Source: Octopus sinensis (taxonomy: Eukaryota). Taken from it: a stretch of DNA of 64,000 nucleotides. The DNA is taken from contig NC_043001.1 of assembly GCF_006345805.1 (NCBI RefSeq), positions 47,988,001 to 48,052,000 on the forward strand, in the 5' to 3' direction. The notes beneath the pieces are model-generated. The model saw nothing but the letters and a program-made list of their open reading frames with translations. It did not search any database and was not told the DNA's origin. The position numbers were made by a program, and so were the translations under genes. Position 1 is the stretch's first letter, and every line of letters starts with the position of its first letter. Below are positions 51,201 to 64,000 of the stretch, piece by piece.

Positions 51201-52913
51201 AAACAACTTCTCTGCATCATACCATTCAACTAATTTTCTCTTATGTGCACCAAGTTACAGAAATTGTTGTTAAGTAAGTTTTATCAATACTAAATATTCA
51301 AGAAATGCTTTTAAAATAAAGGATGAGTAAGACCCTCTTACTTGAGCACAGTATTCAGTAATTTGTAATAAACATGGTAAAGTAAACCAGTATAAGCAGC
51401 ATAAATGACTGAATTACTAAACTATATTTTTACTTAAAAAATACGTAAAAATGTTCACTTGTAGTTTCTTTAGATATTCGTTTCACGCTCAGAGTAACAA
51501 AAATGTTTGACGCTTCGGATATGAATTATTCATCAGAAGAATGAACGATGAAAAAGAATAGAGGGGATGATATTTCATCAATGAACAAATATTGTAGACA
51601 TATGCACATAATTGCCACACATGATTACGTACATACACATACTTAAATGCCATATCCCAAGTACAATTCAGAAATATGTACTTTGAATTACTCTTTAAGC
51701 ACAAATTTTGAATATGTACAGAATATATATAAAGCTCAATTTTATGTTATACACAGTCCATTCGAAGCTAATGAATTAAATAACGGCTAAACTAATACAT
51801 CTATTTCAGCTTCTTACATTAATTGATTTTCCATAACCATTAATACCATCACGCATTTTATTTCTAATTCTGAACCGTAGAGGCGCCAAACAACACCCTG
51901 TCTGACAGTTCGCCAAGCACACATATATTATCCATCAGGCAAATAAAATTATTAATAATACTGGAATTATTCAAGAAAATATTGTCAAGTTATGTGAGTA
52001 AATTTTACTTAAATATCAATTTAATTCTATCAGAAAATCCTCTATTCGCAAAATATCTTTCACTCTACAGATAGTCGGCAAAATATAATTCCAATCAATT
52101 ATCGCATATCACATGCATATCATATACTATATACACTATATATCGCATATATTTTGCATTTGTAACTTGACTAAAAATACAATGGAAAACATGAAAAAAT
52201 TAGGACAATTACTTGCGAATTAATATATTAATTATGGCGATATACAAACGAAATACGCGTGCGTATGTGTGTGAGTATGTGTAAACGCATGGCCGTGTAT
52301 GAATATATATGAATCAATACTGATTCGCTCAAATATATTTAGTCAATAATCGTTTCTTTTATGTATATAAAACACATCTTTTTTAATGTATATATAGATA
52401 TATGTATACATAGATATGTACACGTATACTTAAAGGCTTGATTGTATATTAATATTGAGTTTACTATTCAGTCAAAGTTCATTTTTGGTTTTTCTTTTGT
52501 GATACCAAAATTCATATGCACATATATGTATGTGTGTTTACTCATGTCGGTATGGTTGCGTATGTATACGTATGTCTGTGAGAGACTACATTTACCCGTA
52601 TAAACCCGCTGCTGTAACAAATGGTGTAAATTAGTGATTCGATAAATGATGATTGATAAACTCATTACCAGAATTTTTTTTTAAATTACTGGAATATATC
52701 TGATTGGTAAAATATTTGAAGGCGGTGACCCAGCATGGCGGCAGCTCAATGATTGAAGCTTGAAAACAAAAAATATATTTATGAGATACACTAACTAACG
52801 TATGGAACATTTATTTCACGCAATTGTGGATTGGAATATATCTCTCCTTACCTCCGCAAGCAAACAGTCACACAGGCATACAGATACACACACACGCGGG
52901 TACTGTTTATGTA

Positions 52914-52954
<41 letters not shown>

Positions 52955-53109
52955 ATAGCTAATCTAAACATGAAAAAACAAAGAGAAAACACAACGCGAG
53001 GACGTGAACAAGTATAGTATTATTGGACGCTCAGGACGCTTCGTTAGAAACATGGGAAAAGGAAAGATTCAAAGAAGGGAAGATGGAGGGAAAAAAATCT
53101 CCCACGGTA

Positions 53110-53164
<55 letters not shown>

Positions 53165-54421
53165 GTATAGCTGTTTAATGCTAATATCGCTTGCTGCCAC
53201 TAATGTTATTGCTATTTTTATTATCAATTATTTAGATTTGCTAAAGAAACATACATACATACATACATACATACATCCATCCATACATACATACATACAT
53301 ACATACATACATACATACATACAAAGTCGTGGAATGACTTAGCAAACTGGCAAATGGAAATTTTCCCTTCTTTCCATCATGATGTCTCCAAGATTCAGTC
53401 TGCAAAAATTGATGCGATCAAAATTTCGAAGTTGTAAAAAAAAAAAATATCAACTGTTGACAATCAAATAAACATACAAATACAAACAGTGAGAATTTAC
53501 AAAAAACAGAACAAAACAAAAGACGAAGGCGGATGTGTAAACAACAAACAGATGTATTAGTTTAACGCGCGGGAAGTGAGAGAGTCTTCTACGTTTCGAG
53601 TCTACGCTCTTCAGTAGAAATAAACAGAGAGAGAAAATAAAAACGGTTTAGTGGCTGGCGATCTATCAAGGCGAATCAAATACATACACTCAGACAATTA
53701 TTCACGCATTCATACACATAAACACATACACACATATACTGTACGCAAACGGGAAATACATCTTGCTGAAGATTAAGTGTTTTAATAATTTATTGTTAGT
53801 CGATCCCACAGTGAAGGAAATTATATGCACACATACATACCAAAATAAACATGTACGTGTAAAGATACATACACACAAAGACACATACGCCCACATACAC
53901 ACACAAATATGTATGAATGTATGTGTATACATGTGTATGCAGGTATGTATGTGTGTGTATGTATGTATGTATGTATGTATGCATGTATGTATGTATGTAT
54001 GTATGTATGTATGTATGTATGTACGTATGTATGTATGTACGTATGTATGTATGTATGTATGTATATATGTATGTATGTATGTATGTAAGTATGTATGTAT
54101 AATCTCTGATGTATTTCAAGTGCGTGATACGTCACCACTCGCATTAGTGCTCCCTATATTCTACTACGTTAATATCCTCTATTCCGTTATTGTACGTTTA
54201 ATGAAGTATAATGCTGCGTATATTTAGTGGGGAGGCTAAAACGTAGAATATTACCAAACTAAATTGAAAGAATAACCGAAAACAAATTATTGATATTTCG
54301 AAGCCATCATTTGTACGCTCATTTCAATAATTTAATGCAATCATAAAATGATTTCATCAGCAAAAGCTTACAAATGGAAGCTTCAAAATATCAATAATTG
54401 GTTTTCCATTATTCTTTCAAC

Positions 54422-54452
<31 letters not shown>

Positions 54453-54545
54453 CATACATACATACATACATACGTACGTGCGTAGTACAAATATACATAG
54501 ATACAAACATACATACATGGATACATTGATACATTCATCAAAAAA

Positions 54546-54602
<57 letters not shown>

Positions 54603-54609
54603 CGTTGCA

Positions 54610-54960
54610 CAGGAAGCACTCCACAATCTTGAAGAGTGACGTACGGCTTCTCATACCAATCTACCTCGTCGATGTGTAGTAATAATGGAGTTTGTCGATG
54701 TGCCACCAGAAGTAAAGATCTATAGGATGATAGTAGTTGTTCTCTTCGACATAGAGTATAAAACAATATATCGCAGGTCCAAAGGCTGCAGAATAAAAAT
54801 TGGTTACGCAAAGGTTTGAAATATTGATCCAAACGGTTCAAGAGTATGGAAGCCATTCCACATTAGATCAATCTGCCAAGCAGCTCACAATTGTTCGTTG
54901 ACGCAGTGAGAAAAGGGTTTAGCATCACTTTTGTGGTGAGTCAAACTATCTCAAGGATTT
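54610..54960 (-). mobile_element. RTE-clade LINE RT relic
   Basis: MASILLNRL...LRNQFLF..TCDILFYTL...EQL...IDEVDW...TLQDCGV resembles the RTE pattern ILLNRL..Q.GFR..T.D.IF.L...KAFD.V.W...L...G. Confidence 0.55.
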
Positions 54961-55749
54961 CTGGCCACAGAAATAGAGGAGAGAAGCAAGAACCCGCTTC
55001 TTCTGCAGTTTCTGTTATCAGAACGGCAGCCACACCATAACGTCAGTACCGCCAATAGCAGCATACATTTACAATAACATCAACAACAACAATACAACCA
55101 ACAGCCGCGAAAAAGGCAGTAACAGCAACAGAAACAACTGCAACAATAGCAGCAATAGGGATTATATCGACATTCCCAAGCCTGCAAGCATTACTTTCAG
55201 CAACAGAATAAATAAGTGGAGCAACAGAAATAACATTAATGACCACAACGTTATAGACAACAGCAAAACCAACAGCACTAGGAAGCCCCAAATAGCCACA
55301 AACATAAGAGAAACAAAACAAAAACACAAAACTTTCCCATGAGATGCTCCTCCTCGCATCGTACCAAAGAGACATATCGTGTTGTGAAGATGAGGGCGAG
55401 GATATTAAATGGCAAAAACTTACTGGAATTCCATATAAGTTCTGCTAGGAGAGTTGCCTTAAAAAGTTTATTCTTATTAAAAGTATGTCGATGCTTAGTG
55501 TAGTAGCACATAAATATATCTAATGTAGGGACCATATAATAACTATTGCTATATAACGTGTGTATAACACTTTACGCGGCATTTTTTTTTTTACTATTAG
55601 AAAATTGCAATTTATCTACATTGTAAAATAGAGTATTCTTTCTACTGTTAGTGTGGATTTTTTTTTTTTTACTGAGGTTCAAATTAGCGGCTTTATTGCT
55701 TATAGAATTGCCAGGGTTACGATACTTGGTGCTAGGAATATTTGAATCG

Positions 55750-55965
55750 TCGTCTTCATCATCATCAGAATCGTTAGCCTGCCAGATAAAATGCTTAACG
55801 ACATTTCGTCAGTCTTTACGTCCTGAGTTTATATTCATTTGAAGTAGACTTCGCCTTTCATCCTTTTGGGGTCGATCAAATAAGTAGCAGTCGAGCTCTA
55901 GGTTCGATGTAATCAAATAGGTCCGCCACGAAAAGCTCAGTGCTTCTGCCTATAATAGAAAGGAT
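55750..55965 (+). mobile_element. SINE family B
   Basis: cagaatcgttagc...aaatgcttaacgacatttcgtc...gacttcgcctttcatccttttggggtcgatcaaataagt. Confidence 0.85.
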
Positions 55966-56001
55966 TATTATTATTATTATTATTATTATTATCATCATTA
56001 T

Positions 56002-56036
<35 letters not shown>

Positions 56037-56059
56037 TTATTATGATTATTATTATTATC

Positions 56060-56600
56060 TCGAAGCGGCCAGCTGACGGCGTCGTTAGCACGTTGGATAG
56101 AATGTTTGTCGTTGTTTGTTCCTTTTCGAGCCATCCCTGGTTCATAAAGGCTGGTTTTCCGGTTTCCTTGACGTATAGGTTCCCCACGTGGACGGTACAC
56201 CTGTCCGTCGCAGGTGAGCAGCAAAATGCAGGACAAAAGAGTGTGAGAAAGTTGTGGCGAAAGCGTCAGCAGAGGTTCGCCATTACCTTCTGCCGGAGCC
56301 GCATTGAGCTTAGGTGTTTAGGTCATAAACACACACATCGCCCGATCTGAGATTCGAACTCGCGATCCCTCGACCGCCAGTCCGCTGCTCTAACCACTTG
56401 GCCATGTGCCTTGGATAGAATGTTTAGTGAAAGTTCTTCCGGCTTTATGTTCTAAGTTAAAATTCCGCCGAGGTCGACTTTACCGTTCATCTTTTCTAGG
56501 TTGATATACTAAATGTCAGTTGAGCACTGGGCTCAATACAATAAACTAATCCTTAATCTCTAATTTCATGCGTTGCGCTTATAGTGGAAAGGATTATTGC
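56060..56600 (+). mobile_element. SINE family B interrupted by a younger SINE
   Basis: Head at 56060-56107 and remainder from 56411, with a duplicated TTGGATAGAATGTTT. Confidence 0.8.
56108..56412 (-). mobile_element. tRNA-derived SINE, family E, with 15-bp TSD
   Basis: Head aaggcacatggccaagtggttagagcagcgg...gagttcgaatctc and tail gctcgaaaaggaacaaacaacgac. TSD at 56093-56107 and 56411-56425. Confidence 0.85.
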
Positions 56601-57154
56601 TTTCAGCTCGATGGTGGATGTTTACCGGTCCATCTTCCCCTTTCTGGCTATTAACTATTGGGGTATTCTGACACAAGGTGAGCATCATGGCCTACATGTA
56701 GATTAGAGTTTGTGGTGCTACATGTACAAGAAAAAGATTTAGGGTCACGTTTAGTACATGGGTCTTGCTTGATATATTTAAGAACTTTTTAGATATATGC
56801 CCGTGTGCATGTGTGTGTTTGCACGCGCGTGTGCGAGCATGCGTGCGTATGTATAGTATAGGCGGATTGTGAGGGTGTGCGTATGTGCGCCCGTGTGTAT
56901 GTGCGTGTGTGTGTATGCACGTAATCTCCGACTGAGCTGTTACGAGGGAATTTAGAATTCGACATGATAGACGCTACCTGCGTATATTCAAGTCAATGTA
57001 TGTAATAAATAGCTGTCCACTAGAACGCTAGCATTTGTTGCTGCTTTTATTATTAATATTGTTGATGTTGTTGCTGTTGTCGGTGGTAGTCATGTTGCTG
57101 TAATAATCGACTATCCCGCACCTCCAAAATTACAGGCTTTTTGCCTTTAGTAGA

Positions 57155-57219
<65 letters not shown>

Positions 57220-57220
<1 letters not shown>

Positions 57221-57710
57221 GTGAGAGAGCAGTGCATGCAATCAAAGTGACACTGGGGTAAAATATACGAAGCCCAATATACCCATCATGACTACCCGTC
57301 TGATAAAGGTACACCAGGCACATGCATCACAACCATATGTGCGCGACATGGTGATCTCATATCAAGATAAACAGCACATGACCTTGCAGGTGGGGCCCAG
57401 TTAGAATTTTCTTCAGGTTGAGTAGCCCATCCCGCTCAAAAGGTCCCTGAATAAGGGTTGTTTAAGGATGTTGAAAGAACCACCCATGTTTCCAGAGGTG
57501 AATTATTCAAACCCCAAAGAATCCCTCTCAACACATGGCTATGATGCTCCCCTACTACTTCTGCTTGTGATCAGAGATGCACATATCATCAGCCACTAAG
57601 GGACATGCTCAACTGGTTAAGGTCAAACAACTGACAAGCAAATCTGTGGTATTGAGCAGAATATTTGCTGTAGCCCATCTTTTATACCAAGACAAAACAA
57701 TGTACATGAT
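57220..57710 (-). mobile_element. Non-coding ~490-bp dispersed element between (TAA)n tracts
   Basis: Sharp boundaries at (ATT)n on both sides and no ORF. I recall a similar high-copy Octopus repeat; this is unverified. Confidence 0.55.
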
Positions 57711-57753
57711 TATTATTATTATTATTATTATTATCATCATATCATCATCATCA

Positions 57754-57785
<32 letters not shown>

Positions 57786-57794
57786 GCCTTTTCA

Positions 57795-58600
57795 CAACTT
57801 CTAACGCTGTTCCCTAGCAGTGAACTAAGGTAACACCTTTTATTTTTCGGGCACCTTCCGGAGTATTCGAGCGGTTCCAAGCAGTGCAGTTTTCTGCAAG
57901 TGCTTCACCCTTATTGCAGCCCCTATTTGTTCCACGTACTTCTCGAGATTTTTGCTCACTATTCCCAGGGCTCCAACAATAATAATGATGTACTACTACC
58001 ACCTTTTTCATCGATCATAACTACTTAACTTCCCAAGCTAACCTAAAGTATCTCTCAACTGTGATTTCTTCCTTATTGCATACCCTGTTGTCAGTTGGGC
58101 ATGCTATATCTATGATCCAGTATAGATAGTTTTCTTTCTCGATTAAGACAGTCTGGCTTCCTATTCCCTATCTCTGAATCATAAAATCTCAAAGGATCTT
58201 TGCATTTTTATTTTAGACGATGCCTTCGGGTTTGTGGCCGTCCCAATTTTTTGCTCTGTCAAGTCCATAGTTGTTGCAGAGTGTCCAATAGAAAAGCCTG
58301 ACTATATTGTCGAGGCGTCTCTTATATTCCTTCCGGGCTAGTGGCGTACATTGCCTGGTAATATGCCACATGGTTTCACCGTTTTGTCCACAGATTCTGC
58401 ACTTATCACTTTCTGCAATGTTGTCTATTCTGTATTTTATGTAGTTTGTTCTTAGTGCTTGCTTTTGGGTCGCACAGATTAGAGCCTCCGTTTCCAGTTT
58501 TAAATCACTTTTAGTCATCCACAGCAATCTTTTTTCTCTGTCTTAAGCATCCCTATGAAATTGACCATGCATTCTTTTCTTTACCCATCTATTTTAAGTT
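57795..58600 (-). mobile_element. R4/Dong-clade LINE 3' fragment (CCHC knuckle plus REL endonuclease)
   Basis: WMTKSDLKLETEALICATQKQALRTNYIK..CRICGQNGETMWHITRQC...RRLDNIVR...ILWDF...IIDIACPTD..KE...LAWEV.*LWSMKKV. It ends in (TAA)n. Confidence 0.92.
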
Positions 58601-58659
58601 TCATCATCATCATCATCATCATCGTCGTCGTCGTCGTCGTCATCATCATCATCATCATC

Positions 58660-58707
<48 letters not shown>

Positions 58708-58710
<3 letters not shown>

Positions 58711-58908
58711 GGCGGCGAGCTGGCAGAATCGTTAAAACGCCGGGTAGAATGCCTAGCGGTGTTTCGTCCCTCCTTACGTTGAGTTCAAATTTCACCTTTC
58801 ATCCTTTCGGGTTGGATAAAATAGGTAACAGCTGAGTACTGGGCTCCATATAATCGACTATCCCTCTCCCCTAAGTTTCAGGCCTTGTGCCTATAGTAGA
58901 AAGGATAA

Positions 58909-58910
<2 letters not shown>
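58708..58910 (+). mobile_element. SINE family B
   Basis: aaggcggcgagctggcagaatcgtt...cctttcatcctttcggg. Confidence 0.88.
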
Positions 58911-58941
<31 letters not shown>

Positions 58942-59419
58942 GTGACGACGAAGGGCGCGATTGGATTGTAATAGATATTTTATTGGTTGAACGCTATTTC
59001 GACAGTAAGTCTGTCTTTGTCAAGTTCAAATTAAGGGGTGATAAAAATTCAAAATTATAGAAATTTAAATTTAAAGTATGAACGAGTGTAACCAGCGACC
59101 ACACGTTGATAGAATATCATCGGTCTTTAAGTTTCAATTTTATAAGAGGTGAAAAGAAAAAGACAGAAAAAAGACAAAAAAAAAGAGGAAAGAAAAAAGA
59201 AAAAGAAGAATATTTAATCAAACAGTCTTGTATAAGTTTGATGATATTCTCCTGTCATTTTATTCATTCCTCCATAATATCTATTACAATCGAATCGCGC
59301 TCTTCGTCTTGACTGTTTATCATTGTGAAGTTACGTTAATCCTTTTAAAATTATTATTATTATCATTATTATTATCATTATTATTATCATCATCATCATC
59401 ATCAACATCAGCAGCAGCA

Positions 59420-59635
59420 GGAGGAGGAGGAGAATCGTTAGCATGCCGGGCGAAATGTTTAGCGGCATTTCGTCCGTCTTTACATTTTGAGTTCAAATTT
59501 CCACCGAAGTTCACTTTGCTTTTCATACTTTCGGGGTCAATAAATTAAGTACCAGTGAAATACTTGGGTCGATGAAATCGACGAGTCTCCTCACCCAAAA
59601 TTTCAGGCTTTGTGCCTTTAGTAGTAAGGAATATT
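59420..59635 (+). mobile_element. SINE family B
   Basis: gaatcgttagcatgccgggcgaaatgtttagcggcatttcgtccg...ctttcggggtcaataaattaagtaccagt. Confidence 0.88.
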
Positions 59636-59984
59636 ATTATTTTAATGCAGTTGCTGATGGTGGTGTTGGAGGTGGTGTAATCGTTGTTCCGGATTTCGCT
59701 GAAACTACTGATCTTGGTGATTCTATCTTTGTCGCTGTTGTAACTGTTGATGTTGTTTTCTGTATGCTGGACATTACAAAATAAAGCTGAGATTTCTGAG
59801 AAATTTCCTGCGGAGGAAAACATAGATTACTGATAGGAGTAAGTTTCTGAAGAATATATCAAAATATCAGAGGTTTGTATGCTCTTATGTACATTGGGTT
59901 GTGTACACATTCACGAAACATAACGCTCAAATATACAATATTTAATACAGCTATCGAAGGGAGGTAGTCACTCGTACTGTTTTC

Positions 59985-60400
59985 ACATTATTATCTTGAG
60001 TTCTATGTGGCTACTTATAATAAGCAAATGAAAACACTGGTATTACAGGAATTCAACTGATGAATTGCTATGAAGTTTGGTTCAAAAAGGTGTCAATCAA
60101 CTAAGAAAATTACTAGAGAGCACTGATATAACGTTAGATAAGAAAATTTGAATGTACTCATGAGAATTAGACCAAACACAAGATTTAAATACTTAGGTAT
60201 TCGTGAACTTGACAAGTACACCACTATAGATTAAAGAGAAGTGTAGGGACGAATATTGCAGCTGCGTTAGATTAATATCTAAAGTATTTAAATAGTAATA
60301 AAAATGTAATAATAGTTATCCAACACTAGCTGTTCTAGTAATAAACCGAACGATATGTGAAATAACGAGATTAGTCAGGAAAATGAAGGAAATAATTAAT
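59985..60400 (+). mobile_element. R4/Dong-like RT thumb relic
   Basis: IAMKFGSKRC...FKYLGIRELD...EKCRDEY..VRLI..LNSNK...TLAVLVI, with stops and frameshifts. Confidence 0.6.
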
Positions 60401-60464
60401 ATATTTAGGTACAGCCATAGCTCGGAATATTATAAATATTAGAAATATATGAAAGTTTGGTTCG

Positions 60465-60720
60465 TAGGAGTGGCTGTGTGGTAAGTAACTTGTTTACCAA
60501 TCACATGGTTCCGGGTTCAGTCCCACTGCGTGGCACCTTGGGCAAGTGTCGGATTTGGTAGACGGAAACTGAAAGAAGCCCGTTGTATATATGTATATAT
60601 GTATGCGTGTGTGTGTTTGTGTGTCTAGGTTTGTTCCCCTAGCAATGCTTGACAACCGATGCTGGTGTGTTTATGTCCCCGTTACTTAGCAGTTCGGCAA
60701 ATGAGACCGATAGAATAAGA
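60465..60720 (+). mobile_element. SINE family A, internally deleted and 3' truncated
   Basis: gtaggagtggctgtgtggtaag...ggttcagtcccactgcgtggcaccttgggcaagtgtc|ggatttggtagacgg. Confidence 0.88.
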
Positions 60721-61060
60721 TACAACTAAATAAGTATTATATAATTTCCGGTGTAAAACAAGAATATCTTGTAAAAGGCAAAACAAAACGAAAAAAAAAC
60801 AAAAGCACCAAACAAACACATTACAAATATCACTTTTTGGGCCTCAAGGATACTCCTAAATATTAATGCGTATATTTCTACAAGGATTTGTTGTTATTTC
60901 TCGCTGATCGAGCGGCCATGTAGAGGCTTTCTCATTCGCTCAGAATCAGTTTGTGTTAGTGTGTGTGTATGTGTGTGGGAGAGAGAGAGAGACAGAGAGA
61001 GTGTGTGTTTGTGTGTGTGTGTATGTGAGAGAGAGAGAGAGAGGGGGAGGAAGAGAGTGC

Positions 61061-61128
<68 letters not shown>

Positions 61129-62526
61129 TTATGCGTGTGCGAGCATGCTGTGGGATGAGTGTACACTAGTTTCATTTGTATTGTTGCATAAGAGATAATC
61201 AGTTGTGTATTTCCTTTTATAGAAGATAAACATAAAAACGATGGTATAAAACAGAGATAAACCTCGAGTGAAATCTGTTATTATTTAGAAGGGTCGATAA
61301 GTTGAATAGATTCGTTGAAATGATACGATTTAAAAACGCAACCGAAGTTCAAATGGTGTTGTCATGGACAATTTGAAGCTTATGCAATCGATTGGATACA
61401 ATACCATATAAAATTAATGGGTGGAGTATTGCTGATAATACATTGTATTGGGATGAGGAATACATACGTCACCCTCACCGTCTTTCTCTTTCTCTATTCA
61501 TCTTTCTGTGTGTGTGTGTGTGTGTGCGTGCGTGTGCGCATATCTACTTTGTTGTGGTCAAATGTAATTTTGGAGAGATGTTAACTTATTGAAGCTGAGG
61601 TGGTTTTTCGCTTGATGATGTTACTTTGAGTCGATCTGAGGCTTTTAGTTTTTTTTTCCTTTATATTATTATATTATAGGTTTAGTTGTTTTACATTGTT
61701 TTGTTTATACAAGAAAGGTGTTCGGAGCGAGTATGTACACGCATGTGGAGAGATATATTTACGTTTATTCACTATACCGTGGACGTGTTTCATGAATAAT
61801 AATGTTACATACAGAATAGTTTATAAACAGATTTCATCATCACATCATCAGAGATTGCATAGCAAACGTAAATAACCTTTACATTACATAAGAGACATCG
61901 AACAGTTTTAAAACAACGACATGCATAACTACTTATGCTTATTGATATGATAACACTATTCGAAATCCATTATATAATTTAAAGGTTATTTGAGTTTACT
62001 ATGCAAAGTCTCATAACCTGATAACGTAACTTCTATATGATGTATTTCCATATAAAACTGATATTATTGTTGTTAACGAAATACGTGTAGGATCTTTTGT
62101 TTACACGAGAAAATTTATCTCCACATTTGTTTTGCATTTGGTATGAGACTACAATTAAATAGAAACTTAGAACAAGGACGCATTTGCTCTTGACAAATGG
62201 GTATTTTGAACTATAAACAAAGATATGAAGTTCTAAAAATTGATAATAAGTCGTGATGAATAAACAGCACTACACAAATGCATGGTGCTCAGGCTAAATC
62301 TGACGATTTGTATGCCTCATTTTTTCAAGAGCGGCTGGATGTATACATGAATAATCAACGGTGTTGGAGAGCATAAAATTAATGTTGTAGCAGATAAAAA
62401 GTTATCCAACATTGAGGACTGGAATTTATCTGAATATTGGAAAAGAGTTACATGTATCATCAGGATTCGCGCCGGGTATTAATATGCCAACACCGATACT
62501 ACTGCTCAATGCTCTGTGTTCAAATT

Positions 62527-62637
62527 TGGGGGTTGGGGTAGAGTGGGGGTTGGGGTAGAGTGGGGGTTGGGGTAGAGTGGGGGTTGGGGTAGAGTGGGGG
62601 TTGGGGTAGAGTGGGGGTTGGGGTAGAGTGGGGGTTG
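62527..62637. repeat. 17-bp G-rich minisatellite (TGGGGGTTGGGGTAGAG) x ~6.5
   Basis: Direct reading. It is followed by a purine-rich GGA tract to about 62820. Confidence 0.95.
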
Positions 62638-63142
62638 TGGGGAGAGTGAGAGGGGGAGCGAAGAGAGGGGAGGGGGAGAGGAGATGAGGGGGAGAGGAGG
62701 GAGGAGGGAGAGGAGGAGAAGTAGGGGAGAAGGAGAAGAAGGAGGAGGAGGAGGAGAAGAAGGAGGGGAGAGGCGGAGAGGAGGGGGTGGTAGCGAGAGG
62801 AGGAGGAGAGGGAGAGAGAGTATGTATGTATGTATGTATACATACATACATACATACATACATGCATACATACATACATACATACATACATACATACATA
62901 CATACATACATACATGCATGCATGCATACAACGCAATAGAGGACAATAAAACATCCGGAGAGATACACGATACTGAGTGAGCCTTTTATTCACAATTGTA
63001 GCGATTTTCGACTGAAACTTAAATTTAGCATGCAGAGCGTTACTACAAACAACATATCTGGACACATCAACAACAACACAATCGAAGAACAGAACGAAAA
63101 CAACAGCTCAACAGGTAAACAAATTCTTCGTAGCTGTAGTTA

Positions 63143-63345
63143 CGAGGGGCGTTCAATAAGTAATGCCCCTGACCCACTTCCCATAGCAGTAGAGCAACGA
63201 AACTTGGCACAGTTATTAGTCTTTTTCTACATAGGAACCACCCAGAGTTACGCATTTCTCCCATCGTTTCATGCGGCTTTGGAGACCGTTTTTGTAGAAG
63301 AACCCAGCTTGGTCCTCCAACCTCAACGTGACTTCAGAAATCGTA
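63143..63345 (-). mobile_element. Mariner 3' end plus TIR
   Basis: Minus strand reads ...AGFFYKNGLQSRMKRWEKCVTLGGSYVEKD**. The TIR is TA|CGAGGGGCGTTCAATAAGTAATGCCCC. Confidence 0.85.
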
Positions 63346-63785
63346 TTGAAAAAGCCGTAAATACAAAGCTTATTTCCCTTGGCGGTATGAATTGAATAAT
63401 GATCTATTTAACTGCTACGAAAAAGTGAAACAAAACCCCACTGCTGGTTATATGAAACGATGGAAATGATATTGGGACAATCTTTATCCAGAATTAAATC
63501 ATTTTTACTGCGAAGCAACTACGCCAACGAGCAACATTTGTAGAACATAGAAAGGAGGTTAGTAACTGTAACTTTATAAAGAAATCGAAAATTAACCTTC
63601 TTCCCAACTCTATAAACAAAAACGAAACCGTGAATGATATATGACCACCACGTCGATTCGCAGCTAGCGACTTTCCAACAGGTTCTATAGTGCCTGCCAG
63701 CCAAACTACATTACTGGCTCATGTAAGTGACCACTGTCCCCCTAATGCGACTATGGTAAACAGCAGGCACAACCACAACGATTAT

Positions 63786-63786
63786 T

Positions 63787-63821
<35 letters not shown>

Positions 63822-63852
63822 GGTGGTGGTGGTGGGTGGTGGTGGTGGTGGT

Positions 63853-63895
<43 letters not shown>

Positions 63896-63963
63896 GTGGT
63901 GGTGGTGGTGGTGGTAGCGGCGTCGGCGGCGGCGGCGGCGGCAGCAGTAGCAGTAGTAGTAGT

Positions 63964-64000
<37 letters not shown>
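63786..64000. repeat. Compound (TAG)(TGG)(CGG)(CAG) trinucleotide run
   Basis: Direct reading. Confidence 0.97.

Noticed and set aside
61324-61480. Frame reading CCHGQFEAYAIDWIQYHIKLMGGVLLIIHCIG (tetraspanin-like)
   Set aside because: There is no good splice acceptor, the frame runs into microsatellite, and another frame equally resembles a decayed mariner C-terminus.
62270-62525. Protein-looking short frames (MHGAQAKSDDLYASFFQERLD…, LSSSIGVGILIPGANPDD…)
   Set aside because: They are short, closed by stops, have no convincing splice pair, and match no family I recognise.

Overview
AT-rich, microsatellite-saturated eukaryotic DNA with no intact host gene that I can support. The SINE families and repeat landscape look like an Octopus-type cephalopod genome; this is an inference from remembered repeat consensus sequences, not a database hit. 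Almost all ORFs in the supplied track are microsatellite artefacts or transposon relics. Recognisable content: Tc1/mariner and hAT relics, about 25 tRNA-derived SINE pieces from at least four families, and LINE fragments (R4/Dong x3, L1/Tx1, RTE, CRE). There is also an internally deleted Penelope-like element (PLE; RT + GIY-YIG) and two degenerate tRNA genes (Glu-TTC, Ala-AGC). Two things stand out. (1) A dispersed set of at least 7 type I hammerhead ribozyme motifs, plus 3 more degenerate look-alikes, sits in short elements whose 3' side runs into (TA)n tracts. They show three different Watson-Crick versions of the core 3:8 pair (C:G, U:A, G:C). (2) A 4.1-kb minisatellite of about 27-bp units grew out of the AEDRKLKKY codons inside the restriction-like endonuclease of a CRE-clade retrotransposon, with the flanking coding sequence still readable on both sides. 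Several fold-back palindromes are also present. Coordinates of degenerate repeats are approximate (+/-10-30 nt) and were read by eye.
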